64,000 nt of DNA from Flavobacteriales bacterium UBA4466. Lineage in GTDB: Bacteria; Bacteroidota; Bacteroidia; Flavobacteriales_D; Crocinitomicaceae. How positions within the stretch are numbered: the first letter of the stretch is position 1; each line of letters opens with the position of its first letter. The position numbers and the translations under genes are program-made. Positions 1 to 10,372 of the stretch are shown here, piece by piece. The notes below the pieces were generated by a model. That model was not told where the DNA came from, made no database searches, and was given only the letters and a program-made list of their open reading frames with translations. The DNA lies in NCBI GenBank assembly GCA_905182335.1, contig CAJJBE010000005.1:133005-197004 (forward strand), given 5' to 3'.

Positions 1-3000
1 CTTAGATGGTGAAGATTTAACAAGATTAGAATTCTTAGCAGAAGAAGACTACTTGGACATACTTGATACTCTTCCAAAAGAAAACCAATACTTAGAAGAT
101 TCTGACCCAAATAAATTCATCGCTAAGATGGGGGCAGAGGCTTTATATGATTTATTGAAAACGATGGATCTTAAAGCAACTTCTTACGATTTGCGTCATA
201 AAGCTAATACTGAAACTTCAGTACAACGTAAAAATGAAGCATTGAAACGTCTTCAAGTTGTTGAAGCTATGCGTGACTCTCAAACTAGAATTGAGAATAG
301 ACCAGAATGGATGATCGTTAAGGTTGTACCAGTTATCCCACCTGAATTACGTCCATTAGTGCCGTTAGATGGGGGTCGTTTCGCAACTTCTGATTTGAAT
401 GACCTTTATAGAAGAGTAATTATACGTAATAACCGTTTGAAGCGTTTGATTGAGATAAAGGCTCCAGAAGTGATTTTGCGTAATGAGAAACGTATGCTTC
501 AAGAATCTGTTGATTCATTGTTCGATAACTCTAGAAAATCTTCTGCAGTTAAGACTGAGTCAAATAGACCTCTTAAATCTCTTTCTGATTCATTAAAAGG
601 TAAGCAAGGGCGATTCCGTCAAAACTTACTTGGTAAGCGTGTTGATTATTCTGCACGTTCTGTAATTGTTGTTGGACCGGATTTGAAACTGCATGAATGT
701 GGTCTTCCTAAAGGTATGGCAGCTGAGCTTTACAAGCCGTTTATTATTCGTAAGATGATTGAACGTGGTATTGTGAAAACAGTGAAATCAGCCAAAAAAA
801 TTGTTGATAAAAAAGAACCGGTTGTTTGGGATATTTTAGAAAATGTATTGAAAGGGCATCCTGTTCTTTTGAATAGAGCCCCAACTTTGCACAGATTAGG
901 GATTCAAGCATTCCAGCCGAAATTAATTGAAGGAAAAGCAATTAGACTTCATCCATTGGTTACAACCGCTTTTAATGCCGATTTCGATGGTGATCAAATG
1001 GCAGTTCACTTACCATTAGGTAATGCTGCAATTTTAGAAGCTCAACTGTTAATGCTTGCTTCACACAATATTTTGAACCCTGCAAATGGTGCCCCAATTG
1101 CCGTTCCTTCTCAGGATATGGTATTGGGTCTATATTACATTACAAAAGGGAAGAAAAGTCTTAAAGATGATATCGTTAAAGGTGAGGGTGGTGTATTCTA
1201 TTCTCCTGAAGAAGTTATCATTGCTCACAATGAGGGTGTTTTAGATTTACATGCTGCAATTAAGGTTAAAACAACGGATCTTAATGAAAATGATGAGATT
1301 ATTACTCGTTTAATTGAAACTACATGTGGACGTGTAATTTTCAATGAGCACGTACCTAATGAAGCAGGATACATTAATGATGTTATGACGAAGAAAGCTC
1401 TTCGAGATATGATTGGTGGTGTACTTAAAGCATGTGGGACTGCTCGTACAGTAGCATTCCTTGATGATATTAAAGAATTAGGATATGATATGGCTTTCAA
1501 AGGTGGATTGTCCTTCAACCTTGATGATATTATTATTCCAGCTGAAAAAGAAACATTAGTTGCTAAAGCTGAAGTTGAGGTGAAAGATGTAATGTCCAAC
1601 TATAATATGGGGCTAATTACAAATAATGAGCGTTACAATCAAATTATTGATATCTGGACGCATACTAATTCTAGATTGACTCACACATTGATGGAGCAAT
1701 TGAAGAATGATATGCAAGGGTTCAATTCAATCTATATGATGTACGATTCAGGAGCACGTGGTTCGAAAGAGCAAATTCGTCAGCTGTCTGGTATGCGTGG
1801 ATTGATGGCGAAGCCTCAAAAATCTGGAGCTTCAGCTCAAGATATTATTGAGAATCCAATTCTTTCTAACTTTAAAGAGGGACTTTCTATTCTTGAGTAC
1901 TTTATTTCTACTCACGGTGCGCGTAAAGGTCTTGCCGATACAGCACTTAAAACAGCCGATGCGGGTTACTTGACTCGTCGTTTAGTAGATGTTGCTCAGG
2001 ATGTTGTTATTAACTCATATGATTGTGGTACACTAAGAGGATTAGTTGCTATTCCTTTGAGGAAAAATGATGAAATTGTTGAGCCTTTGTCTGATCGTAT
2101 TGTTGGTCGTACTTCACTAGAAGATGTTTATGTTCCAGACACAGACGATTTAATTGTTAGTGGTGGTGAAAGAATTACTGATACAATTGCTAATGCCATT
2201 GATGAAGCAGGTATTGAAGAAGTAGAAATTAGGTCTGTTCTTACCTGTGAAAGAAGAAGGGGTGTTTGTTCGAAATGTTATGGATTAAACCTTGCTACGC
2301 AACGTGTTGCCCAAATAGGAGATGCTGTTGGTGTTGTTGCTGCTCAGTCAATAGGTGAGCCAGGGACGCAGTTAACGCTTCGTACATTCCACGTTGGGGG
2401 TACTGCTTCTAACATTGCTGATGAGTCTGACTTGAAAGCGAAAACTGCGGGTACATTAGATATTGATGAGTTAAGAACAATCAATAGAATAAATAAAAAT
2501 GGCGACAAGGCAGTAGTAGTAGTAGGCCGTTCTGCTGAGTTGAAAATTACTGACTCTAAAGGAAATATTACAATGAACTCTAATATTCCTTACGGTTCTG
2601 AATTGACAGTAGAAAACAATACGAAGCTTAAAAAAGGTGACGTAATCTGTAAATGGGATCCATATAACGCTGTAATCATAACTGAAGCAAAAGGTAAGGT
2701 TGTCTTTGATAGTGTTATTGAAGGAATCACATTTCGTGAAGAAGTAGATGAGCAAACCGGGTTTACTGAGAAAGTAATTACTGAATCAAGAGATAAGAAA
2801 AAGAATCCTGCTATACATGTTATTGATCCTAAAACAAAAGAAGTTTTAAGAGAGTATAGCTTACCGGTAGATGCTCACATTTCTGTAAAAGAAGGTGACA
2901 AAATCGAAGCAGGTGATATTATTGTTAAGATTCCTCGTAGGGCTGGTAAGTCTGGAGATATTACCGGTGGTCTTCCTCGTGTAACTGAGTTATTCGAAGC

Positions 3001-3850
3001 ACGTAACCCATCTAATCCGGCTGTAGTTTCTGAAATTGACGGTGTTGCTGAGTACGGCAAAATAAAACGTGGTAATAGAGAGATTCAAATTACATCTAAA
3101 ACAGGTGAGCTTCGTAAGTACCTAGTTCCTTTATCGAAACATATCTTAGTTCAAGAAAATGACTTCGTAAGGGCTGGACAGCCATTGTCTGTTGGTGCAA
3201 TTACTCCAAACGATATACTTAATATTGAAGGCCCTACAAAAGTACAAGAGTACATTGTAAATGAAATTCAAGAGGTATACCGTCTACAAGGGGTAAAAAT
3301 TAATGATAAACACTTCGAAGTAATTGTTAGACAGATGATGCTTAAAGCGATGATTATTGATTCAGGAGACACAAGATTCCTAGAAGGGCAGTCTGTTCAT
3401 AAAGCGGATATCAGCGAAGAGAATGATGCTGTTTACGGAATGAAAGTAGTTACTGAGCCAGGAGAATCTGCAGAACTTAAAGCAGGTCAAATCGTTTCAG
3501 CTAGAAGATTGAGAGATGAAAACTCTCAATTGAGAAGATCCGATAAAGCATTAATTGAATCGAGAGATGCAATTCCTGCAACATCTACTCCTTTGTTGCA
3601 AGGTATCACTAGAGCCTCTCTTCAAACACAATCGTTTATTTCTGCTGCATCGTTTCAGGAGACTACGAAAGTATTAAATGAAGCAGCTATTTCTGGTAAA
3701 GAAGATCACTTATTAGGATTGAAGGAGAATGTAATTGTTGGTCACTTGATTCCAGCTGGAACAGGGGTGCGTCACTTCCAGAAAATGCTAGTAGGGTCAA
3801 AAGATGAAATGGCAGAAATGACTCAAGAAGCTGAAATAGTCTCAGAGTAA
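1..3850 (+). CDS. rpoC: DNA-directed RNA polymerase subunit beta' (5' end lies outside the window)
   Basis: The frame is open from position 2. It has the NADFDGDQM catalytic motif and typical beta' blocks ([34 protein letters not shown]). Confidence 0.97.
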   Translation, partial: LDGEDLTRLEFLAEEDYLDILDTLPKENQYLEDSDPNKFIAKMGAEALYDLLKTMDLKATSYDLRHKANTETSVQRKNEALKRLQVVEAMRDSQTRIENRPEWMIVKVVPVIPPELRPLVPLDGGRFATSDLNDLYRRVIIRNNRLKRLIEIKAPEVILRNEKRMLQESVDSLFDNSRKSSAVKTESNRPLKSLSDSLKGKQGRFRQNLLGKRVDYSARSVIVVGPDLKLHECGLPKGMAAELYKPFIIRKMIERGIVKTVKSAKKIVDKKEPVVWDILENVLKGHPVLLNRAPTLHRLGIQAFQPKLIEGKAIRLHPLVTTAFNADFDGDQMAVHLPLGNAAILEAQLLMLASHNILNPANGAPIAVPSQDMVLGLYYITKGKKSLKDDIVKGEGGVFYSPEEVIIAHNEGVLDLHAAIKVKTTDLNENDEIITRLIETTCGRVIFNEHVPNEAGYINDVMTKKALRDMIGGVLKACGTARTVAFLDDIKELGYDMAFKGGLSFNLDDIIIPAEKETLVAKAEVEVKDVMSNYNMGLITNNERYNQIIDIWTHTNSRLTHTLMEQLKNDMQGFNSIYMMYDSGARGSKEQIRQLSGMRGLMAKPQKSGASAQDIIENPILSNFKEGLSILEYFISTHGARKGLADTALKTADAGYLTRRLVDVAQDVVINSYDCGTLRGLVAIPLRKNDEIVEPLSDRIVGRTSLEDVYVPDTDDLIVSGGERITDTIANAIDEAGIEEVEIRSVLTCERRRGVCSKCYGLNLATQRVAQIGDAVGVVAAQSIGEPGTQLTLRTFHVGGTASNIADESDLKAKTAGTLDIDELRTINRINKNGDKAVVVVGRSAELKITDSKGNITMNSNIPYGSELTVENNTKLKKGDVICKWDPYNAVIITEAKGKVVFDSVIEGITFREEVDEQTGFTEKVITESRDKKKNPAIHVIDPKTKEVLREYSLPVDAHISVKEGDKIEAGDIIVKIPRRAGKSGDITGGLPRVTELFEARNPSNPAVVSEIDGVAEYGKIKRGNREIQITSKTGELRKYLVPLSKHILVQENDFVRAGQPLSVGAITPNDILNIEGPTKVQEYIVNEIQEVYRLQGVKINDKHFEVIVRQMMLKAMIIDSGDTRFLEGQSVHKADISEENDAVYGMKVVTEPGESAELKAGQIVSARRLRDENSQLRRSDKALIESRDAIPATSTPLLQGITRASLQTQSFISAASFQETTKVLNEAAISGKEDHLLGLKENVIVGHLIPAGTGVRHFQKMLVGSKDEMAEMTQEAEIVSE

Positions 3851-3874
3851 TTTCATTAAAAATAAATGACAAAG

Positions 3875-3908
3875 AAGGGATGTTCATTTGAATATCCCTT
3901 TTTGTTTT
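3875..3908 (+). terminator. Rho-independent terminator after rpoC
   Basis: AAGGGAT (3875-3881) pairs with ATCCCTT (3894-3900), followed by TTTGTTTT. Confidence 0.6.
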
Positions 3909-3936
3909 AATAAATTTAAAATCATTATTTTAGAGT

Positions 3937-4251
3937 ATGGAAAATAAGAAAAAAGACAACCAAGTAAATATTGAATTATCAGAAGAAGTTGCTTCTGGAG
4001 TATATTCTAACTTAGCTATAATAACACACTCACCATCTGAGTTCGTTGCTGACTTTGTGCAACTTATGCCAGGTGCTCCAAAAGGAAAGGTGCGGTCAAG
4101 AATTATTATGACACCTCAGAACGCGAAGAGACTTATGAAAGCAATGCAAGATAATATTGCTAAGTATGAGCAAACGTTTGGCGGTATTATTGATGTTGAA
4201 TCACCATCTGTGCCTCCGGTCAATTTTGGTATACCAACAACTCAAGCATAA
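3937..4251 (+). CDS. DUF3467 domain protein
   Basis: 104 aa. The block GVYSNLAIITHSPSEFVADF...RIIMTPQNAKRL is typical of the small conserved protein downstream of rpoC in Bacteroidota. Confidence 0.75.
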   Translation: MENKKKDNQVNIELSEEVASGVYSNLAIITHSPSEFVADFVQLMPGAPKGKVRSRIIMTPQNAKRLMKAMQDNIAKYEQTFGGIIDVESPSVPPVNFGIPTTQA

Positions 4252-4278
4252 AAGAATAAGGAAAGGGGGCTGTTGCTT

Positions 4279-5958
4279 TTAGTTGAATTCAACGGTTTTT
4301 CTCCACATATTAATATTACCACAGTTATCCACAATTTTTAGCTCTAATCCCATTATACCTTTTAAGTTTTTTTCACGCGTAAAAGTTAGCCGACCTGTTT
4401 TGTATTCGTATTCTGCTAAATGCCAATTATCATTAATAAATAGGTCATAGTCTTTGAGTCCAGAGCCACCGTCATATATTTGCCAAGATAAACTAGTTCG
4501 AGTGGTACTATTCCCAATATTAATTGCTGTAATATTTGGAGCAATTGTATCTCGCTTGAGCTTGTAACTTCCAAAATAGTTTGATTCACATGTGATTAAA
4601 CGATCTTCATAAGTTACGTTTAACGCCTTTTTACTTCCTTTTCCTGTTGTCATATCAATATAATGCTTACCATCTTTTAAACCGTCATAAATGATATTGA
4701 TGCGATATGCATTCTGTACTGGAATATTGGCTTCTCCAATTTTGGATTCAATATGCTTCTCATCAATAGATAAAGGTTCATAGGTAGTACAAATTCCAAA
4801 CTCTACATGTGTCTTGTTTTGTTCCACTAGCATTGATTCACTTGGTTGAAGATAGCCTAAATCAGTAGCGATTGAATCTTTTGAACTGACTATTCCATTA
4901 CTAATTATAAGATTAAAGGTTAATATTGATGTATTACCTTTTGGATCATAACAAACATATTTCACCTTAAAATAATCGCCAGGTTTAGCTTTTAGAACAC
5001 CAAGACCTTTAACCGTATAGATTGGAAGATTGTTTTCAGTAGTTCGAAATGATTTATGGAATTTTTTTCGATTCAGGGAATATTCATTATAGTCTTTGTG
5101 GCTATTTACAAACCGTGTTGATTCGAATGGCACGCGATTGGTTTCTTGTCCAAATAATGTATCACCATTAATTAATAAATAACTTCCATATAGTCCACAC
5201 GTGTTGTTCGCGGCATCCAATCGGTCAATAACGTCGAATGCAAATCCAAGACCTCCTGATTTTGTCAGATAATTCGAGGGAATAGTGATTGAATTATTAT
5301 AAACTGTGTATGAAACGCCATTTTTTATAGTACTTCGCTTAATTGACTTATCGAAGCGATAACCATCTTTCGTTAGGCTATATATTTTTACACCGCGAAT
5401 TTCAGGTCTGCGTGAGTCGGCTATATTAAATCCATATACCAATGGATTCAAAGCTGTTTCTGTTTTTGTGTCACGTAATTCAAAGTGTAGGTGAGGAGCA
5501 GTAGATCCTCCAGTATTCCCTGAAATGGCAATGATTTGTCCTTTTGTAACTTTAATTTCATTCTTCTTCGGGAAAATTTCTACTGCAAAATCCTGTTCGT
5601 TTTGTTGTGTGTGGCGTACAATTGAATCCAATTGATCTTTAAATGCTGAGCAATGAGCATATACACTTGTTATTCCATTCGGATGATCAATGTAGACTAC
5701 TTTCCCGTATCCATATGGAGAAACCTTTATTCTTGAAACAAAACCTTCTTCAACGGCATAAAGATTATATCCAATACGCCCGTTTGTTTTTAGATCAATT
5801 CCCATATGGAAATGATTCGGCCTCAATTCTCCAAAATTTGCAGCTAAAACTTGTGGTATGCCCAAAGGAGAATGATAATCTGGCTTATCGTTTTTTTGAG
5901 CAAAGGAGATTTGAGTTAAACAGAGATGTGATAAGAAAATTAATAAAGTGTTCTTCAT
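4279..5958 (-). CDS. M23 family metallopeptidase, secreted
   Basis: N-terminal signal peptide. M23 zinc motifs HFHMGIDL and APHLHFELRD. Confidence 0.85.
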   Translation of the reverse strand: MKNTLLIFLSHLCLTQISFAQKNDKPDYHSPLGIPQVLAANFGELRPNHFHMGIDLKTNGRIGYNLYAVEEGFVSRIKVSPYGYGKVVYIDHPNGITSVYAHCSAFKDQLDSIVRHTQQNEQDFAVEIFPKKNEIKVTKGQIIAISGNTGGSTAPHLHFELRDTKTETALNPLVYGFNIADSRRPEIRGVKIYSLTKDGYRFDKSIKRSTIKNGVSYTVYNNSITIPSNYLTKSGGLGFAFDVIDRLDAANNTCGLYGSYLLINGDTLFGQETNRVPFESTRFVNSHKDYNEYSLNRKKFHKSFRTTENNLPIYTVKGLGVLKAKPGDYFKVKYVCYDPKGNTSILTFNLIISNGIVSSKDSIATDLGYLQPSESMLVEQNKTHVEFGICTTYEPLSIDEKHIESKIGEANIPVQNAYRINIIYDGLKDGKHYIDMTTGKGSKKALNVTYEDRLITCESNYFGSYKLKRDTIAPNITAINIGNSTTRTSLSWQIYDGGSGLKDYDLFINDNWHLAEYEYKTGRLTFTREKNLKGIMGLELKIVDNCGNINMWRKTVEFN

Positions 5959-6010
5959 GTGTCAAAAATAGATTTTTGTTGAAATAACGGCAACAATTGA
6001 CCCGAAAATC

Positions 6011-6040
6011 TTGTTCGTCTCTATTACTATACTATTTTTG
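6011..6040 (+). promoter_or_regulatory. Bacteroidota sigma-A type promoter (TTG-N19-TAnnTTTG)
   Basis: TTG at 6011-6013, exactly 19 nt spacer, TATTTTTG at 6033-6040, 16 nt before the ATG at 6057. Confidence 0.5.
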
Positions 6041-6056
6041 TATTAAAGTCGTTTTT

Positions 6057-6365
6057 ATGTCGGATCGAATTCTTGAGTTAGTAGGCGGTATCAAAGAGAA
6101 GGTTTCTTTGGTGAAAAGTCAGCTTGAAAAAGAGCGTTCAAATAGTGAATCTCTTAACAATGAGATTGATAGCTTAAAAGGTCAATTAGCTGAAAGGCAA
6201 ATTAAATTTAATGAGTTGACTACTAAGATTTCAGAATTAGAAACGAAACTGATTACGAAAGAAGAACAAGACGTCTTGGTTGTTAAAGAAAAAGGTGTTT
6301 CTTACAATCAAATTGATGAATTGGTGAAGGAAATTGAATACTGCATCGGGCAGTTAAAAAAATAA
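6057..6365 (+). CDS. Coiled-coil protein, first gene of the zapA operon (possible ZapB-like partner)
   Basis: 102 aa from the ATG at 6057. Heptad-rich E/K/L sequence. The promoter box lies inside the longer 5997 ORF, so the 5997 start is rejected. Confidence 0.6.
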   Translation: MSDRILELVGGIKEKVSLVKSQLEKERSNSESLNNEIDSLKGQLAERQIKFNELTTKISELETKLITKEEQDVLVVKEKGVSYNQIDELVKEIEYCIGQLKK

Positions 6366-6368
6366 AGC

Positions 6369-6659
6369 ATGGCTAAGTTGTCTTTAAAAGTCGTTGTTGC
6401 TGGTAGAACTTATCCTCTTTCTATTGAAGAAAATGAGGAGCAAAAAGTTATAGATGCGGCAAAGGACATTAATAAAGCAATTAAATTATTGAAAGATAAT
6501 TATGCCGTAAAAGATATGCAAGACCTTTTAGCAATGACTGCATTGCAGTTAGCTGCGAAAAAAGATAATGTAAGTTCAGAGAAAAAAGAATCGATTAACA
6601 CAGATGAGATAGAGACTCAATTGAAGTCAATATCAGAAGAGTTGGACGGACTGAACTAA
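6369..6659 (+). CDS. zapA: Cell division protein ZapA
   Basis: 96 aa. The N-terminal block LKVVVAGRTYPLSIEENEEQKVIDAAKDINKAI is ZapA-like. It starts 3 nt after the preceding gene. Confidence 0.8.
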   Translation: MAKLSLKVVVAGRTYPLSIEENEEQKVIDAAKDINKAIKLLKDNYAVKDMQDLLAMTALQLAAKKDNVSSEKKESINTDEIETQLKSISEELDGLN

Positions 6660-6678
6660 TTTTGCTTTATATCGATAT

Positions 6679-6722
6679 CCCCATCATTTCATACAAAAAC
6701 GTATGTTTGGTGGGTTTTTTAT
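6679..6722 (+). terminator. Rho-independent terminator after zapA
   Basis: Nested hairpin CCCATCA...CATAC-aaaaac-GTATG...TGGTGGG followed by a T6 run. Confidence 0.6.
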
Positions 6723-6740
6723 TTTATAAAAATTGAAATT

Positions 6741-8270
6741 ATGGATTTTGTATTTGGAATAATTGGAGCTGTTGCAGGTGTTATAGTTGCTTTCATTGTT
6801 CAAGCAGCACTATTAAAAAGGCGTAAAGAACAGGTCATAAAAGAAGCTGAAAAAGAAGGTGAAAACTTGAAAAAGAATAAAATATTTCAGGCGAAAGAAA
6901 AGTTTTTGCAATTGAAAGAAGATCATGAAACGAAGGTTAAAGATCGTGAAAGAAAAATGCAGTCGGGTGAGGATCGTGTAAGAAATAAAGAGGCTAACCT
7001 TTCTAATAAAATAGAAGAGATTAACAGAAAAGACAGGCAAATTGAGAAAAATCAAAGTTCGCTAGATGCAAAAATAAAGTCGTACGAGGCTAAGCACCAA
7101 GAAATGGATAAGATGCATCAGAAAGTTGTCGTAGAGCTATCTAAGGTTAGTGGTATGAGTGCAGAAGATGCGAAAACGAGTTTGGTAGAGTCTTTGAAGG
7201 ACGAAGCTAGAACAAGTGCTATGGCACATATCAACGAAATCACAGAGGAGGCCAAGTTAAATGCGAATCGCGAAGCCAAGAAAATTGTAATTCAAGCTAT
7301 TCAGCGTGTTGCCACAGAACAAGCGATTGAGAATTCAGTTTCAGTATTTAACATTGAGTCTGATGAAGTTAAAGGTCGGATTATTGGACGTGAAGGACGT
7401 AATATCAGAGCTTTGGAAGCAGCTACAGGTGTTGAGATTATTGTAGATGACACTCCTGAGGCAATTATCTTATCTTGTTTTGATCCGATAAGAAGAGAAA
7501 TTGCACGTTTAGCTCTACATCAATTAGTTTCTGATGGGCGTATTCATCCTGCAAGAATTGAAGAGGTTGTTGCGAAAACGAAGAAGCAATTAGATGAGGA
7601 GATTGCGGAAACAGGAAGAAGAACTTGTATAGATTTAGGAATTCACGGTCTTCATGCAGAATTAACACGTATGGTTGGTCGTATGAAGTATAGATCTTCT
7701 TATGGTCAAAACTTATTACAGCACTCGAGAGAAGTTGCAAACTTATGTGCAATAATGGCTACTGAGCTTGGGCTGAATGTCAAGTTAGCAAAAAGAGCCG
7801 GGCTGCTTCATGATATTGGTAAAGTTCCAGATGAATCGCCAGAATTACCGCATGCAATACTAGGCATGCAATTGGCAGAGAAGTACGGAGAGAAGCCAGA
7901 TGTATGTAATGCAATTGGTGCTCATCACGATGAAGTTGAAATGACAACATTGATCTCTCCTATTGTTCAGGTGTGTGATGCTGTTTCAGGAGCAAGACCA
8001 GGAGCGCGTAGAGAAATTGTGGAGTCTTATATTAAAAGAATAAAAGACCTTGAAAGTTTAGCATTGGGATATGACGGTGTAAACACTGCTTATGCAATTC
8101 AAGCTGGTAGAGAATTAAGGGTTTTAGTTGAAGCTAATAAAGTTACTGATGCAAAAGCAGATGAATTATCGTTTGAGATTTCTCAACGTATTCAAACTGA
8201 AATGACATATCCAGGTCAGGTCAAAGTGACATTAATCCGTGAGAAAAGAGCGGTGAATTATGCAAAATAA
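6741..8270 (+). CDS. rny: Ribonuclease Y
   Basis: N-terminal TM helix, long coiled coil, KH domain ([15 protein letters not shown]) and HD domain (LLHDIGK). Confidence 0.95.
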   Translation: MDFVFGIIGAVAGVIVAFIVQAALLKRRKEQVIKEAEKEGENLKKNKIFQAKEKFLQLKEDHETKVKDRERKMQSGEDRVRNKEANLSNKIEEINRKDRQIEKNQSSLDAKIKSYEAKHQEMDKMHQKVVVELSKVSGMSAEDAKTSLVESLKDEARTSAMAHINEITEEAKLNANREAKKIVIQAIQRVATEQAIENSVSVFNIESDEVKGRIIGREGRNIRALEAATGVEIIVDDTPEAIILSCFDPIRREIARLALHQLVSDGRIHPARIEEVVAKTKKQLDEEIAETGRRTCIDLGIHGLHAELTRMVGRMKYRSSYGQNLLQHSREVANLCAIMATELGLNVKLAKRAGLLHDIGKVPDESPELPHAILGMQLAEKYGEKPDVCNAIGAHHDEVEMTTLISPIVQVCDAVSGARPGARREIVESYIKRIKDLESLALGYDGVNTAYAIQAGRELRVLVEANKVTDAKADELSFEISQRIQTEMTYPGQVKVTLIREKRAVNYAK

Positions 8271-8406
8271 TAAAAGCTCAAAGAATACTGTTAAGTCCTT
8301 AAAAGGAAAACATGTTCTTGTTACAGGTGGGGCTGGATTTATCGGGTCTAACCTAGTAGAGTTTTTATTAAATAATTCAGTAAAGGTTTCTGTGCTTGAT
8401 AATTGA
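8260..8406 (+). pseudogene. N-terminal remnant (48 codons) of an NAD-dependent sugar epimerase/dehydratase (extended SDR)
   Basis: Translates to [48 protein letters not shown]. The Rossmann GxxGxxG is present, then TGA at 8404-8406. No SDR continuation appears in any frame downstream. Confidence 0.7.
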
Positions 8407-8409
8407 TTT

Positions 8410-9693
8410 ATGCAAATCTTTCAAAAAATAAACCTGAAATCTGATTTTTTTAAATCAGTCCTTGTTCTTATTTCCGGAACTGTCATGGCGCAAGCTATTA
8501 GCTATTTAGTTTCGCCTTTTCTGACTCGTATTTATACGGCAGAACAAATGGGGGAACTTGGAATGTATATGCGTGTTGTTGGATTTGTTTCAGCATTAGC
8601 AACTGCTCGGTTTGAGTTAGCGTTACCCCTTCCTAAGAACGAAAACCATTCATTTTTACTCTATCAATTATCGTTACGAATAGCAAAGGTTGTCGTGCTT
8701 GCATTGGTTGTTCTGTTGGTTGCTTTTCACTTCATTAAGCCTCTAGGGTTAAATGACCTTGTTTTTGGAATTCTAACAATTATAAGCACCATTTTTGTTG
8801 TGTACATCAACCTAGGGACAAACTGGGCAATTCGAAAATCACAATTCAATAAGATATCACATCAACGTATAATTAATTCATTAACGGCAAACAGCCTGAA
8901 ATGGATTTTTGGTATCTTTTCAATGGGTTCTTTAGGTTTAATTCTTGCGTCTTTGATTGGTTTTATACTCTCTAGCTTTGGGTTTGTGCGTGAGTATTTT
9001 ATACTTCAAAATACATTAAGAGAAAACTATTCTAAGAAAAAAATACGTGTGTTGATCACAGAGTACAAGCAATTTCCATTGGTTAACTTGCCTCACGTTT
9101 TGGTCGACCTAGGGAGAGATTTACTGATAGCAGTATTAATCGCATTGTTTTTCGGGAAGAATATATTTGGTCTGTTCAATCACTCCTATATGATTTTGAA
9201 ATTACCATTGATAATTGTTGGAGCTTCTATAGGTCAGGTATTCTTCAATAAATGTTCCGTATTAGTTCGGGAGGGGAATTCCACGTACGATTTAATGAAA
9301 CAAACATTGTTGATTTTGTTTGGATTGTCACTTGTACCTTTTAGTATCATTTTCTTTTTTGGAGAACCCTTGTTTAGTTTTGTCTTTAGCGCAGACTGGG
9401 CTAAGTCAGGATATTATTCTGAAATAATGACCATTTGGTTGATGATGAACTTCATGATTTCGCCACTCTCAAGTCTTCCACTTGTATTGAAACGTCAAAA
9501 TGAGTTCTTTTTTATTGGATTATTTACCTCAATCGCACAGGTGCTTTGTTTCTTTCTTTTTCCTTTTTTATGGGGAGGAACCGAAGAAGTCTTTGTGGAC
9601 ATGTTATGGGTCTTATCTATTTCACAGGCTATTATTTTATTTTGTGTAATAATTATTACGCTTTATTATTCGAAAAAAGGAGTTAAAAAATAA
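8410..9693 (+). CDS. Oligosaccharide/polysaccharide flippase (Wzx-like, PST family)
   Basis: 427 aa with about 12 predicted TM segments. N-terminal block ISYLVSPFLTRIYTAEQMGELG is typical of the family. Confidence 0.75.
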   Translation: MQIFQKINLKSDFFKSVLVLISGTVMAQAISYLVSPFLTRIYTAEQMGELGMYMRVVGFVSALATARFELALPLPKNENHSFLLYQLSLRIAKVVVLALVVLLVAFHFIKPLGLNDLVFGILTIISTIFVVYINLGTNWAIRKSQFNKISHQRIINSLTANSLKWIFGIFSMGSLGLILASLIGFILSSFGFVREYFILQNTLRENYSKKKIRVLITEYKQFPLVNLPHVLVDLGRDLLIAVLIALFFGKNIFGLFNHSYMILKLPLIIVGASIGQVFFNKCSVLVREGNSTYDLMKQTLLILFGLSLVPFSIIFFFGEPLFSFVFSADWAKSGYYSEIMTIWLMMNFMISPLSSLPLVLKRQNEFFFIGLFTSIAQVLCFFLFPFLWGGTEEVFVDMLWVLSISQAIILFCVIIITLYYSKKGVKK

Positions 9694-9811
9694 TGGTTTT
9701 CGAGTGTTGTACACACTGCTTACTTGATAATCGTAGTGTGTTCGTATTGGACTAAGCACGCTAATCTTTATCTTTGATTCATTAACACACTAGTTAACCA
9801 ATACTTGTTTC

Positions 9812-10372
9812 ATGCTTAAACGACTAATGTTTCATCTTTTAAAGAATGTCCGACCAGTTATGATTGGCAACTATAAAGATCCAAAAGGGAATAAGATTTC
9901 AGAAACAAGAGTAGGTAGCTCATCCACTATTATTGGTGACAAAGGACTCGTTTTATCCGAAAATGTTTTTATTGGACAATACAATTTTATTGAAGCTACA
10001 AATGGGATCACTATAGGAACAGGGTGTCAAATAACTAATTTCGTTAGTGTGCTTAGCCATTCGAGCCATAAGGCTATTCGATTATATGGACATCAGTATA
10101 CAGCTATAGCAAAGAAGAAGCATTACGGTATTGGATCGGTAGAAATAGGTAATTTCACTTTTATTGGACCCCATTCGGTAATTATGCCGAACACGACTAT
10201 TGGCAAGGGATCTTTAGTTGCAGCATATAGTTATGTTCAAGGAGTATTTCCAGACTATTCAATTATTGGAGGTAACCCGGCTAAGGTTGTTGGAGATACT
10301 CGTGATATGGATAAAGAGGCATTGACTATAAACCCAGAATTACAGCGCTATTATGATGAATGGGCGAAATAA
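9812..10372 (+). CDS. Hexapeptide-repeat (LbH) O-acetyltransferase
   Basis: Left-handed beta-helix repeats (IGTGCQITNFV, IGNFTFIGPHSVI, IGKGSLVAA) and C-terminal IIGGNPAKVVG. Confidence 0.8.
   Translation: MLKRLMFHLLKNVRPVMIGNYKDPKGNKISETRVGSSSTIIGDKGLVLSENVFIGQYNFIEATNGITIGTGCQITNFVSVLSHSSHKAIRLYGHQYTAIAKKKHYGIGSVEIGNFTFIGPHSVIMPNTTIGKGSLVAAYSYVQGVFPDYSIIGGNPAKVVGDTRDMDKEALTINPELQRYYDEWAK

Noticed and set aside
1225-1599. ORFs antisense to rpoC: a 124-aa ORF, plus those at 744-941, 2471-2755, 2875-3060 and 3687-3887.
   Set aside because: They lie fully inside a strongly conserved gene on the opposite strand and have low-complexity, motif-free translations. These are typical shadow ORFs.
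4325-4333. Perfect DnaA box TTATCCACA.
   Set aside because: It is a single copy inside the M23 peptidase coding sequence with no cluster or AT-rich unwinding element nearby, so it is a chance occurrence.
5643-5987. 114-aa plus-strand ORF overlapping the 5' end of the M23 peptidase gene.
   Set aside because: It is antisense to the peptidase signal-peptide and catalytic region and has no features of its own.
5997-6056. Longer N-terminal extension (MTRKSCSSLLLYYFCIKVVF) of the coiled-coil gene.
   Set aside because: A well-spaced TTG-N19-TATTTTTG promoter lies inside this stretch, so the ATG at 6057 is the credible start.
6660-6740. Possible 6S RNA (ssrS) downstream of zapA, by analogy with the E. 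coli zapA-ssrS arrangement.
   Set aside because: Only 81 nt are available and they are accounted for by a terminator hairpin, which is far too short for a 6S RNA of about 180 nt.
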